A DNA stretch of 64,000 nt, from the NCBI GenBank assembly GCA_965644295.1, contig CBFFRP010000072.1:89867-153866 (forward strand), in the 5' to 3' direction. The notes under the pieces are model-generated. The model did not search any database. It was not told where the DNA came from and saw nothing but the letters and a program-made list of their open reading frames with translations. Origin of the DNA: Paraphysomonas bandaiensis. Its lineage: Eukaryota; Protista; Chrysophyceae. Numbering within the stretch: position 1 is the stretch's first letter; every line of letters begins with the position of its first letter. The position numbers were made by a program, and so were the translations under genes. Shown here piece by piece: positions 10,737 to 22,706 of this stretch.

Positions 10737-11570
10737 TCACACTTTCAAAGGGGAACTACTGGTATGCGAAGGAGCATGTTCAATCCAAACATCGTTGCGA
10801 ATTCCCAATCTTGCCTTTAACATAAGCAAGCTGTCATTATCCTCAACATCAGCGCGAATGAAAGGGATATGCTTGCTACGCAATCTATCATGAACTTTCC
10901 TGTAATAAGATTCGATAAAATATCTGATAACATAAGTATCCGAATTCATTGCAACGCGTGGTGGGACATACTTAGCTAAACGCAAATGAGAAGGAAATAC
11001 TCCATGAGACCACGCCAGTAATGACGATATATGATTCGTTATATTCCGTTGATATATAACATAGGTAGCTCTAGGATAAGCGTCTAGGATATTGTCTAGC
11101 GCATCAATCTGAGGGTATATAGCTCGGCCAGATTTACCATAGCCCCTGAAATTAGTTTCAATAATAACGGGGTACCCATTCCTGATAAAATAATGGAAAG
11201 GATCTTTCCCTTCAGCAATTGCTTTCTGTACATACAAGCCAGCAGGGCATAATCCTTTTCCATTATTATACAGCTTCATTAATAGAGGGCCGGTGTCATG
11301 TAGGGTCCATTTTTTCCAACTCGCGCCATTTTTAAAACTAACAGGAGGTACAGGATAGGAAAGATTATCACAAGGGTATAAGTAATGAACCGCATTGTAC
11401 CCAGATTCATTAAAAAAGTAATACAGAGAACTTGTACCGGATTTAGGCATTGAAAATACTATAATCATATCTTTCCCCTTGTCGAACTGTGATGCATTGA
11501 CTGCATCACCGCTTGAACGAAATAAACAAAGGGAGAGTGCTAACAATCTAAAGATATTACTAATATCCAT
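10737..11570 (-). CDS. Secreted/Golgi P-loop sulfotransferase-like protein
   Basis: Signal-peptide-like N-terminus, a 5'-PAPS-binding-like loop VFSMPKSGTSSL and a 3'PB-like segment YVIYQRNITNHISS. Confidence 0.6.
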   Translation of the reverse strand: MDISNIFRLLALSLCLFRSSGDAVNASQFDKGKDMIIVFSMPKSGTSSLYYFFNESGYNAVHYLYPCDNLSYPVPPVSFKNGASWKKWTLHDTGPLLMKLYNNGKGLCPAGLYVQKAIAEGKDPFHYFIRNGYPVIIETNFRGYGKSGRAIYPQIDALDNILDAYPRATYVIYQRNITNHISSLLAWSHGVFPSHLRLAKYVPPRVAMNSDTYVIRYFIESYYRKVHDRLRSKHIPFIRADVEDNDSLLMLKARLGIRNDVWIEHAPSHTSSSPLKV

Positions 11571-11943
11571 CACTACATGCACTTATCAAGTGGTAGTTAT
11601 GTTATGTTGCTAGCTAGAGTCATAGAGTGACGCACTCAACAGATTTGATGGTTATGTTGCACTGATATCCTGGCTGTACATTGTTGATTTTTACATATCC
11701 CGATATTATAATAATATACTATCAAAATTGGCAATTTCCACTTTAAATTGTCACTTTTTTGACAATTTTAGTGATTTTTTGGGTGGAATTATTTTCCCTA
11801 CAGACCCTGCATACGGCGGTATATTTTGCAGAAGGTGACTGAAACACATGAATCAAAGAAGGTTTCCATGCATGATTCGCTCGTAGTTAATATTATAGCA
11901 GTCAATCCATTGTAAATACTTCATACCTCACTTCGATTTCTAC

Positions 11944-13376
11944 ATGAAATTCACTTACATGAAGTGGTGTCTATTATGTACGTTTTTTTCTATAGGGTTA
12001 TCATCATCTCGTCATGATCGATACAAAGAACTGTATGAGATCCATAATTTTTCTAGAGTCACTGATCAAGGAGCGGTTGGAGATGCAATTGCTTTTTTGA
12101 TGAAACAAGATGAAAATCTTGATGAAGAAACTGCAAAATTACGAATTTTTGCACAAAAACATAAAAATTATCATACATTAGTAACAGATAAAACTTTACC
12201 ACTTTGCAATGTGACATTCGATAGTATTCGTGATGATGGTGTGTTCGTATATCTGGGTGATAATGTTACCCCTCCATATGATTATGCATCATGTTTTGTA
12301 ATGTTTCCTCGATATCATGTTGCACCTGAGTGTGAGAGACTTGAACGACAGGAAGGGTATCCTCAACTGTATCAGTGGAAGTGGATGCTTGAGGCTGCTA
12401 GACAGGGGAAATGCCGTATGCCTGAACCCACTCCATTAGCAGCTGGAGTAGAATATTTGCGTAGGAAGGCAATGAGAGGACGACCCATGCGACCCGTGCC
12501 TCCCACCTCCAAATACAATGATACGGAAGGCAAAGTAGTTAACATCCTTTGGTTAGGGTTGTCTTTTATGGGCCAGCCCTTCTTATCCTCAATATGTATG
12601 AACCCGAACATGAAAGGAGGTGGTGGAACAATTTCCACTGGTAAAGGTTTGAAAGATATTGTACCTTTCAAGGATGCAGTTGATTCCACAGGACGTTGTT
12701 CACTACCTTGCGAAGATTGTTTCCCTCGTAGTCTACATAAGGGCGTCGGACCAGAGTATCAGTCACCAACGAAGCACTGTCGGCCTGCAGTAAGTGAATA
12801 TCGTACTGACCCTACTAACGGGGAGGATCCGGTGACTGTACGCATATGTTATGCCTATACTTTTAACCTTAAATTGAACATGAAAAAGTTGTACTCGACA
12901 TTACCGTGCAGTATGCAATGGAACGATATTGATGTGATCTTTGGACTGCACCCATATGAAGAATTTTCGGGTTATTACATTCCTGGCACGAATGCTAAAT
13001 TTAAAGAACTAATGCATGTCACATACGTTAGTGTCAGTCAGATATACCAAGGCATTCTGACTAGTCAACTTAAGGCAGCTTATTCCAAGTATGGATTTCC
13101 GCCGCTAACTATAAACCATCTTCGTGGAAAGCCAAGCAATTGTGACCGTCCAGATATTCACTTTCGTATGCCTGGTTTGACCGACTTTGCATCTCAGGTA
13201 TAAATTAAACACCCTTATAGGTTTCTTGTAGTCGATATGTGTGCTCATTGGTATTTGCTCTGCAGGCATGGTTTTCTTTGCTAGCAACTGGCTTGCAAGT
13301 TTTCGATGACTGTCAGCCATCGGATAGTTGCTACAAACATAAAAAGAAGTTAGGAGCTATTGAGATTTGGAATTAG
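11944..13376 (+). CDS. Secreted protein, distant PC-esterase/TBL (SGNH O-acetyltransferase)-like; 2 exons
   Basis: Signal peptide; YQWKW..C, ILWLGLSF (GDS-like block) and DIHFRMPGLTD..W (like TBL DxxHWCLPGxxDxW). GT-AG intron 13198-13265; the spliced frame stops at 13374-13376. Confidence 0.5.
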
Positions 13377-13607
13377 CTTTATGTAAATAGAATATGTGAG
13401 GATTGTTTGGAGTTTATGGAACACCATAGCTACTTGAACCGCGTTTTGTTTATTTTATATTAGTATTGCGGATTGGGGAGTGTCAGAGCATGACAACCTA
13501 ATATATGTGATCGCCTAAGACACCGTACTGCTGTTTGAAAAATATCTGCTGAGTAGGATTGTTAATGTTTATACTTTTTTAATCTTGACTTGGCCCGCAA
13601 TTCGTAC

Positions 13608-13645
13608 TTAGCAATAGGTGTTAAGAATCAGCACCTAGTAGCTAG
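13608..13645 (-). repeat. Short diverged fragment of the retroposon 3' end
   Basis: TTAGCAATAGGTGTTAAGAATCAGCACC-TAGTAGCTAG resembles TTAGCAATAGGCGTTAAAAACCTGCACC..TAGTAGCTAG of copies 1 and 2. Confidence 0.55.
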
Positions 13646-13703
13646 CAGGGCTACCTATCAAGTAATTGTCGACTAATTGACGCAGGTAGTAGTCAATTAT
13701 AAT

Positions 13704-13994
13704 TGAAAGTCTTATTATTAGCAATAGGCGTTAAAAACCTGCACCAACTTAGTAGCTAGATGAATGCTAAACAAACTAGTTAGACCTCTACCTGTAACTA
13801 ATCAGTACACACTTTTTTATCCTACTATGAAGCTGATTGTGCGTCGCCGCAAGCACCAAGGTGCGACCACTTCCGCTCTGAGTTCTTAAGGTCAACATCC
13901 CGGATGCTTGACTTCAGCAGGCAGCCCATTACCCTGGTTACCCTGCCTTGAGGTTTGAGGTGCGCCCCTTTCCGAATGACTGTTTATTCGTCAG
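13704..13994 (-). mobile_element. Retroposon copy 2, 5'-truncated (lacks the terminal ribozyme)
   Basis: Near-identical to 856-1174, sharing the boundary TGAAAGTCTTATTATTAGCAATAGG. Confidence 0.85.
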
Positions 13995-14218
13995 TCGTCA
14001 AAACCCAATGACATAATAATACGACTGTCTGAAGTCTTTACAACTACGTACGACTGTGTTTCGAAGTGGACGATATTTTTACTGAGTATGATGGAAAGCT
14101 GTACGTAATACTGTCAAAATACAATAAGTAAGCTGACAGTTATTATTCGTGAAGTCTATGAACTCGATGAGCTAGGAAAGAAACACCCTGATATCGTAAT
14201 TTCAACACCATTAGATAT

Positions 14219-15175
14219 GAGATATATTATTCAACCTAGTCAATTTGGTTGAATTTCCTAGTCATACTATTTTCGGTGTAAAAACCTAGTCAAAGCAATA
14301 AATGACTCAACCTAGTCAATTATAGTATTAAACCTAGCATATAGCTACGCTTTACAGAGGCATGAGGTCATAGCAGGTGAAGTAGAACCAATGCAACATA
14401 CATCAGGTCAAAACAAAGCTAAAGAGCGGTATATAGCAGCATAGGCAGGACTCCATCGCTCTCTCCAATGCTGAAGTAGGCTGGTAGACCATTCTTTCTC
14501 TCAACACAATCTTCATGCATGTCCTTCAGTTACCTTTGAAAACATCGATGAAATCTTACTCTCTGGGGTCTATCAGTATCACTTATTTAACTATGAATTA
14601 TAAGGCACAAGTATGACAACAACACACTACAACCTCCTACACACCTCTCTACACACTGAAAACAACTGGAAACCAAATCGCATCTTGAAGGGATTTGCTG
14701 TTTGCTGGATGCATCAAAGCTGAAACATTCTGACTGTACAAGATACTTGCTCCGAAATATTAGTGGCTTGGAGGAAGGATTACCGCGTGGTACCAAACCA
14801 CAGAAATGAAAAAATTCTTCGCTGGCAGTGTCGGTTTTCTGATGCTCCTGATCACATCCTGGCTCATCCGAAGATTGTGGGGTTCGATGCCCATGAAATG
14901 GAGATTGCTGTGAAACTACACCGTACTTGGTCATCAGAAACAGCCCAATTTTCATTCGACTGTGACGACGAAGTGTGAGGCATATAGCATTTGAATTTTT
15001 GAATTTATGGCTATAGTAGCTATGCTCCCCTGTTTGACTAGGTGAATACCCACTTCCACCTACTCAACCTATTTATTTAATGACTAGGTTTTTCTACCTT
15101 TTGACTAAGTTTTTACACCAATATTGGTGTGACTAGGAAATTCCACTAAATTGACTAGATCGAAAAATAGATCCC
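14219..15175. mobile_element. Non-autonomous Mutator-like (MULE) element
   Basis: ~75-bp imperfect TIRs: GAGATATATTATTCAACCTAGTCAATTTGGTTGAATTTCCTAGTCA.. versus reverse complement GGGATCTATTTTTCGATCTAGTCAATTTAGTGGAATTTCCTAGTCA.. Reiterated CCTAGTCA/TGACTAGG motifs. Degenerate 9-bp TSD ATTAGATAT/ATTAAATAC. Confidence 0.72.
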
Positions 15176-15434
15176 ATTAAATACTACAACTTGATTGGTT
15201 AATCTACAGTATACTTCGAAAGCACAACGCTCTATGTATTTCAACTCATATAGACCCTACAATTCTCAGTTAAACATATGGTTACTCTTTATAATACTAC
15301 TTCCAAATCTACGAAAATAATTGTTCTTACAACTACCTAGTAGACATACTTCCCATTAAACATTCATCGGAACGCATGAGTACGCTTACAATCTCATTAT
15401 TCACACATATTTTGAAAAATGAGTTTTTCAACAG

Positions 15435-17025
15435 CTACTTAGGGAATGTTGAGTTCAGGATATCCTCGAAATAAGTATCATCTTCCACAGCGGCACTAAT
15501 GTCGGCAAAATAGTCGACAAAAGCATCCAGAGTAACCACCTCCTGTTTTCTGACCACCCTGGTCGCAATCACACCAGTAAAGTAGTCATCCTTCATCTGC
15601 TTTTCAGAGTATAGTCCCGATTTCACTGGGGGGTACTCGGAGCAGCGGTATAAGCGGGAAAGAGTGTCTAATGGGACTTTCTCAGAGCCCTCCTCATCGA
15701 TGTCGCGGTATATGTTCTCAATAATCTCTTGCCGCTGAGAAGGGAGAGATCCACGTATTAGGTCCAACAGGTCTCTGTAGTCTATCATACCGTCCTTCCT
15801 CACGTCTAGACTTTTGAAAATAGGGTCATAGTAGCCATCCTGCACAACAATTCCCCTCTGTGCAAAAATAAACTTTACGTCTTCGATGTCTATTCTTCCA
15901 GTACTTGGAGCGCCTTTTACACCCCTATCGATGTCTAAGAATGCTTTACGCAACTCCACCACACCCAGCATTCCGAAAGCCCGCACAGAGTGTCCAAGGT
16001 CATCCAGAAGTTCTTCAAATGAAGGTGGAGCGGGGAAATGTCTGTTGTCGATAGCCATGTCCTCCGATTCTGCAGTTACAAAACACAACTCATTCGTCTC
16101 GAGGTCAGGTTTGCTAAGAGTGGTACCAGTCGACAGACCCCTAAATTCTGCTTCCACAACTGAAAGTTTACCAATGGCATTGTCGCGACTAGTGAACACC
16201 TCAAAGTCTTCCCCAAAATCTGTTAAGTCTCTTGTCTTGCTGCTTGTGGTTAGGAATGTGTTGGTGGACCGGTGGTTCAAAATAAATCGCTCGGAGGCAC
16301 TTACTGGTGTGCCAACCGCAACAAACCTCTCTGTGCCACCAAGCTTACCTTTGGAGGGTTTAGTAACACGCCATACGGCGTTGGCATCGGCAGTGGACGT
16401 CATATACACCGCCTGTCGATTGGAGACTTTTGTGGACGTTCTTTCGTTTTTTAATTCTGAAGATAAGTATAGCACAGGAGCCATAGCAAAACCATCTCCA
16501 GATACTAGCAAAGATTCATTGCATGCTAGAAAGAAGGCTTGGCCATAGCATAGCAAATCGTTTGAAGGGTCGTCTTCGATACTTTGGAGATTGGAAGGAG
16601 GTCGAACAATGCGAAAGGTGTTTCGGGCAGTGGGCTTCTGTTCTGCAGAGGCAGACACCAAAAACTTTCTTTGGTTGGGACAAATATCTTCGTATGGATC
16701 ACATGCAAACGTTCTTCCTGTTGTATAGTGCTGTAGTATGACAGTATCACCAAAGCGTATATGTCCATCTGGAGAATAAGTCAAGGGAACCTGAGTTCAT
16801 ACGGTGTCAGACATTTAACTCAACGTGCACAATCTTACATACCAGTTGTGTGCATTTCGCTATTTTCTGCTGCTGCTTCCTCAAATTGAGACTTCCACCT
16901 GATGAGTTGTTCTGAAATTCTTTCAATCTAGCTTCCTCGATTGCAATCTCTTCCATCCAGTTACCAATTCTAGTAACTGAGCTGAACTTTTGGCCTCCAG
17001 CGAGTTGCTGCGGAGTGAACTGCAT
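15435..17025 (-). CDS. CFAP161-like flagellar protein fused to a calcyphosin-like EF-hand region; 2 exons
   Basis: N-terminal TRIGNWMEE and IRFGDTVILQH/PTARNTFRI/LCYGQAF blocks (CFAP161-like). C-terminal EF-hands DVRKDGMIDYRD and VTLDAFVDYFADISAAVEDDTYF. 52-nt intron at 16791-16842. Confidence 0.7.
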
Positions 17026-17306
17026 TGTTGTTAACTATAAATATCCCAAATGCTATATGCCAGTCGATATGTATCAAAATAATGAATTGTATTAAGTAGA
17101 ATGCGTGAAGTGGTTATATGGAAGCACTCCTCTGACGGTGGTACAATACATATATATATGCATACCGAGATCTGATATACATGCAGCTACCTCTCTATGT
17201 GTTGCTACTGCTGTGTATGGTGGTGTATTGTAACTGTAAGTCCTACTGCAGTGCAACCGTCAAGGTATTCTATAGACATCACTAGCAGCAGTCATGCAAC
17301 AGATAT

Positions 17307-17355
17307 ATCCCATATATGGGATGAAACACATCCATATATATCCCATATGTGGGAT
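17307..17355. promoter_or_regulatory. Tandem 16-bp palindromes in a divergent intergenic region
   Basis: ATCCCATATATGGGAT (perfect, 17307-17322) and ATCCCATATGTGGGAT (17340-17355), 33 bp apart, between head-to-head genes. A regulatory role is inferred only. Confidence 0.4.
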
Positions 17356-17490
17356 GTATTTCCATCGAATGATCATCGCATACAGCAGTGAGCTGGCCTG
17401 ATAGCTAGCCGGCCCTGTGAGGAGTAAGTGAGCACTGTGGCACTGTTACTCTATTCCTATATACCATATGCATATCAAATCATAAGAGAG

Positions 17491-19088
17491 ATGATTCGTC
17501 ATGTGACTGGACCTACTCGTACACGCACTAAATCAAAGAAAACTTCGTCATTAGTATGTGCAGTTGGTGTTTGTTTGGCTTTTATGCTTGCAGCTGTTGT
17601 GTTTCTATTTGTTGACCCCACAGCTGGATCTTCATCAGGTGACATGCCACATCTCTGCTTATTCATATGACATTGTAAAGTAGGACTTATTATTGCATCC
17701 CCCGACACGAATGCTGCAAGAATGCAACTGAGGGAGCCCAATCCTGTGCATAATCAACCGGGTGTGGAGCCTCTAGCCGAACACCATCATGATGTAGCTG
17801 TGACTCCCCCTGCAAGGAAGAAGATTGGATTTGCAATTACGATTACTAAAGATGGAAAGTTCCAGGATGGTGCTGCTGTAATGGCGTACAGTATTCTGGA
17901 GGCATTCAAGCATGACGACATAGACATTTCCTTCGTTGCATTCGTACACCCTGAAGTTTCAACTTCGAGACCATTCCTGCAGCGGGTGGGCTACAGGTAT
18001 TGGGCGCTTATGAGAACATTTGTTAGTGTAACTAAGGGTACGGCAACGCCCGCAGGGTGATAGAGGCACCTACACCTGTAAACGTGAGTGCAATCCGAGG
18101 AAAGTGGCTTAGAGACCACATTAACGATAAAGCCGGATGCTGCGGAGCCGCAGAACTCATAAAGCTGTACTCATACAGGCTTATGGAGTATGATTGGGTA
18201 GTCCACTTGGACGCTGATGTTCTCATTCTAAATGTGAGTGTATAGTATGTCTATTCAATATCGTTCTGACTGGACTACCAATCTACATCAGTCTTTCAAC
18301 GAGTTGTTTGATTTGAAGAAGAGCTTGATATATACTACTGACCCCAATATGGCTAGCTACAAAGGTGAGGACAAGATGCCTGTACAGGGAGGGTTTTTAG
18401 TTATCAAACCCTCCTTGGAGGACTATCAGAAAGTGATAGACATAGTGATGGAAGGGGACTACAGAGGTAGTGCCGCATGGGGAGGTACCAGGATTGGCTG
18501 GTTTTGGGGGGGTAAGACAATACAAGGAGTACTTGCTTACTACTATACCAACCAGACAGCTGCGTCTCGGTCCCTTAGAGTGGATCGTTGTATATATAAC
18601 ACCATGGCAGACACCGAGAAATGCGCGTAAGTGGTTTTGTCTCACTGACATGGCATGAATATATGTGCTATGGATTAATTAGTGGTGATATGTAGGGCGA
18701 CAAATATTAGTCATGTGAAAAGTGCTCATTTCACCGTATGTCAAAAGCCGTGGAATTGTCTTCAGGGATTTCACAACTCATTATGTATGGAATTGCATCA
18801 GCGGTAGGTTATTTTGCCATCAGGATTGCGTTATGTGGTAACTACGAGTACAGGTGGCATCAGGTACGCAAGGAAGCCGAAGCTTTTTACGGAATTACTA
18901 CAGCAGCCGCATCTTGTGTCCGACAAAAGTCAGGGGCAATGAAATATAGTCCATTAGACCTCTCACGTGCTGTCGTACCTGCACGTCCCCATCTTGAGAT
19001 ACCTCCCCCTGGGTTTAGTCGCATGGATCCACTTCCTGGAGCTGGTTTCGTAGAAATAGACAATCATCGTGCTGGTGTGAGTAAATAG
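17491..19088 (+). CDS. Glycosyltransferase family 8-like type II membrane protein, multi-exon
   Basis: N-terminal TM anchor; IKLYSYRLMEYDWVVHLDAD (DxD), VQGGFLVIKPS, TIQG, and HFTVCQKPW in the exon near 18697-18803. Short GT-AG introns join the ORF pieces. Confidence 0.8.
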
Positions 19089-19772
19089 TCGTATGTCTTT
19101 TCCTGTAAGAGATAGATGGAGTGTATCAGTGGTGTTTGTTGAATGAGTGTAGATACCAATTGTAATATATTTTTCCTAACTGTCACCAGAGTTTTAACTA
19201 CCGCCTGGAAAAGTTTTTCCTAGTGTATTGTGATTATAACATCCTGATACATACATGATTACAAGAAGCCCTATTTTTTGTTAGGAAGGAAGCCAACTGG
19301 CATAATTTGAATGTATTTTTTGTATTATTATAAATGAGGAGTGGTCGAGTGAGTAGCTGCATCATATCCAGGCCCAATGTGTGGCATCTCATAAGCACAA
19401 ACGTATAAGTTTTCATCATTGATAACCAAAGTACACAGTGCTTTCGATCATCCTGCAAGAGATACGAGATACTACACACTTCACCACAGTGGTTATCTAT
19501 TGGACTATGTGAAAAGGCCAGTCCCATCTCATTGAGAAGATTTCATCGAATGTTGACTTAGTAACAGGTGCTTGCTGACAATATATATTTAATATATGTA
19601 ATGTAAAAACTATCATGATACGTCATCGATTCACCAGCATACTGCAACAATTATTCATTACGTAATCGCAAAATCGTAGCACATGCTTATCAGAGTTACT
19701 CAAGCATGACCACTAGTTTTAAAGTATAGCCTATCAAAAATAATCAAAACTAGAAGGGATAATATTTCGCTT

Positions 19773-21089
19773 TTATTTCTTGCTCATGGTGTTGTAAATA
19801 AACAACACAGTACTGATAGCACTAAGTAAGCTCGTTCCCAACATAAGGGTTCTCTCTAACGCAAGATCATCTCTCTGCGCAATTCGGTTTTGGTTGCTGG
19901 AAACCAAGGGCTGTTCAGATTTTTTCTTCTCTTCTTTCTTCGGGTAAGGAGGGGCAAGTTGAGTAATGTTCTCGTAACTTGCAGATGGTCTGACCTCGTG
20001 TACCAAAAACCATCTCACAGCCCAGGGTGAGCCTCTGTGGTTGAGCAGCAGTGCCTATACATATATTACATACAATATTCACATAATAAGTAGCATATAT
20101 CTACCTGCAGACGTTGGAAAAGGGTATGTGCGCCATCAATCTCCTCTTTGAAAATAGATAGAGATTCCACATTGATGCCTATTGGTACCCCTGAGCCACT
20201 TGTGCTCTCTAAGATAGACTGAAGAATTTCGCATAGTAGCTGAATCGACTCGCGCACTGGCGACTCTGCGGTTAGGATACGTTGTTCAGCCTCTTCTGGG
20301 ACGGCCATACCGAGCCACTTGATGAAAGTCATGGTTTTGGCACGTCCGCAAGGGGCAAACGTGATTATGACCTTTTTGGGCACAACTCCACGAGCTTTGC
20401 ACATGTCACCGTAGTCGTTAAGGAGTTTGATCATTGGGGCAGCAGAATAAACTCCCTGGGAGATAAACCATTGTGCACCCCAGTCGGCCTTTGCGCACAT
20501 AGCACTCGCTTCATCGCGTTTAGTTCCGTGTCTTTCCGCAATACATACGCATCCAAAGGCACTGTCTCCTCTGGAGCGGACAATGCTTGCTGCCTCTGGT
20601 AAACTGGGCCCCTTATACTCGAGTTTAGAAGTTGGGGCTCCGACAAGGTTGAAGGCCTTATTTTTATGCGTTTTAATCGAGACATCAAGCCATTCGTTAA
20701 AGTTATCCACAGACTCTTCGACTACACTCTTGTAGACAATGCACTGCTTCCCCGCAACCTGAGGAAACAGACTACCATACCATGATGGATCTAGAGTTTT
20801 GCGAAACGGGAATGGACGATCGGCATCTACTCTGCCCTTCTCATCCTGAATATCGTATACAATAAATCCATCTGTGGCCAACACAGCACTACGAGCACAA
20901 AATTTCATTAATATTTCTTTTGCTTTTTCAACAGATGTTCCTTCTCTATAATAAATATATTGTTACATATAGAAATAATAGATGAGATGAATGATACCTT
21001 GGAGGAGGGGTGCCGAACAAGAAAGACGGTCGTGCTGGGTTGATTAAGTTGTTTGTAAAGTCATCTGGTTTCTCTAATACGGTATTCAT
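19773..21089 (-). CDS. Bacterial-type methylenetetrahydrofolate reductase-like protein with C-terminal TM anchor; 3 exons
   Basis: Spliced LFGTPPPREG..DGFIVYDIQDE..RPFPF..GAQWFISQGVY..TFAPCG..IGINVES. Introns at 20946-20997 and 20055-20104 join the 19773-20018 ORF as the last exon, which ends in a hydrophobic tail plus KK. Confidence 0.65.
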
Positions 21090-22706
21090 GATATTCAGTG
21101 TAATTATTAAGAAATAACTGGTAATGTATTACTAGGCTGTTAATGTATATGTCAGGGAGGCTAATATTGGCATGAGCATCACCTGTTGCATAGTTATCTA
21201 TAGGAAACATGCATACAATGCAATTACATACATATACATACATGTTCCTGTTGTTGTATGCATAGTATAGAAATCACAGTACCACGATGCAAAAAATAAA
21301 TATGTGGTCCTCACACATCCGTCATTCCTTCTCATGAAAAGAGTGTACAAAGATCTAAATATCGGGATATTATGGTTTGGTTCATGCCCAAACAAATAAA
21401 ATAAGGATTTTTAGGTGGACAATATTTTGTTGTTACGCTTGTACGTACAGTAGGATATGTGTCCATTTGGAGAAACTGTGAGTTTTTTTAAGTTTTGGAG
21501 GGATTTTTAGCTAGTCCAACGGTTTGTAGAAGATCCAGCACCAGCTCTTCGAGTTGCAACTAGAAGATCAGCTATTGAGTTTGGCCACAACGATAAAATG
21601 GCATCAGCATAGCTCTTAATTAACCTATGAGCAGTCAAAAGGGTTACTTCACCTGAAAACTATCAGTTTATGTTACACTGCAACATATTGCCACAAAACC
21701 CAATTGCTTAGTACAAACTTGTCAAGACTTATATCTATATATGAGTTGGTTCTATTGATATAAATACATGCAATAGTGTCGCATTCTGTTGCAGTGCGTG
21801 GAAGATATAATTACGATACGCTCTAAAAACAGCAACAAGTAACTGAAATGGAGAGACTTTGCAATAGCTCATAAATGACCTGAAAACGTTTTCAGTACTC
21901 TGTAAAAGAAATTGAGAAATGAAAAAATAGAATCCCCCTGCTATTTACTGATATTACTGCTATCGTATATGAAAGCCAGCACATTAGATTCTATTTTGAA
22001 AGTATGTGGTCAACTGGTAATTCCACAGCAGGGGGGTTTAACATCAATTACATACAAAGGCAGTGTATATAAAGTGGGAACCCTAGTAGTCAAATAGATG
22101 GCCACATGTTATACATCGTGACAGAAACAGTGCAGAACCCCCTGATTTCAACTCCCCGGAAAGCACCACCGGCCCGTCCTCTTTCACCAGAACCACCACC
22201 ACTGCCACCAGGACCTCTTCTTTCATATTTGATTAATCTGCAAACAGTAACGATTGTATAGTCTCATCGATCTAAAGCTTTATGACTGTACTATATCATA
22301 CTTTGAAGTAATAGACAATGATTGTGTCACTATGTAGTATGTGGTACCTATTATCATCTAAATTCATATTGCCAGAAGAGAGGAAAAGTGAGAATGGTCG
22401 GCATGCATTGAAGCTGTTTTGTGATATGCTATAAAGCAGTTTCCAAGCATAGCTACAGGCATACACAATGGGTTGGGGCTCTTACGGGATGTAATGTAGG
22501 TGAAGCGTCATTATTAGTTTTGTGTCAGATTATGGCGACTAGGTATTTATCAAATGAGAATCGATTTGAGGCTTATTGAAGTTTGACTAGGCTCGAGACG
22601 AGTGTACCTTACGGATAACTCTACATCGAGCGTCTCACACAAGAACGGGAAGATATATCATATATCATAAAATTGTACTTGACTTTACTTCGCACACCTA
22701 TCGCGG

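Noticed and set aside
15886-16548. Long antisense ORFs (also 2702-3064, 31022-31534, 36073-36617)
   Set aside because: Shadow or alternate frames of well-supported genes, with no motifs.
19773-20018. Independent 81-aa gene
   Set aside because: A GT-AG intron (20055-20104) joins it in frame to the MTHFR-like gene.
22029-22144. CAGGGGGGTT...AACCCCCTG inverted repeat, possible mini hAT element
   Set aside because: The TIR is low-complexity and the flanks give no convincing 8-bp TSD.
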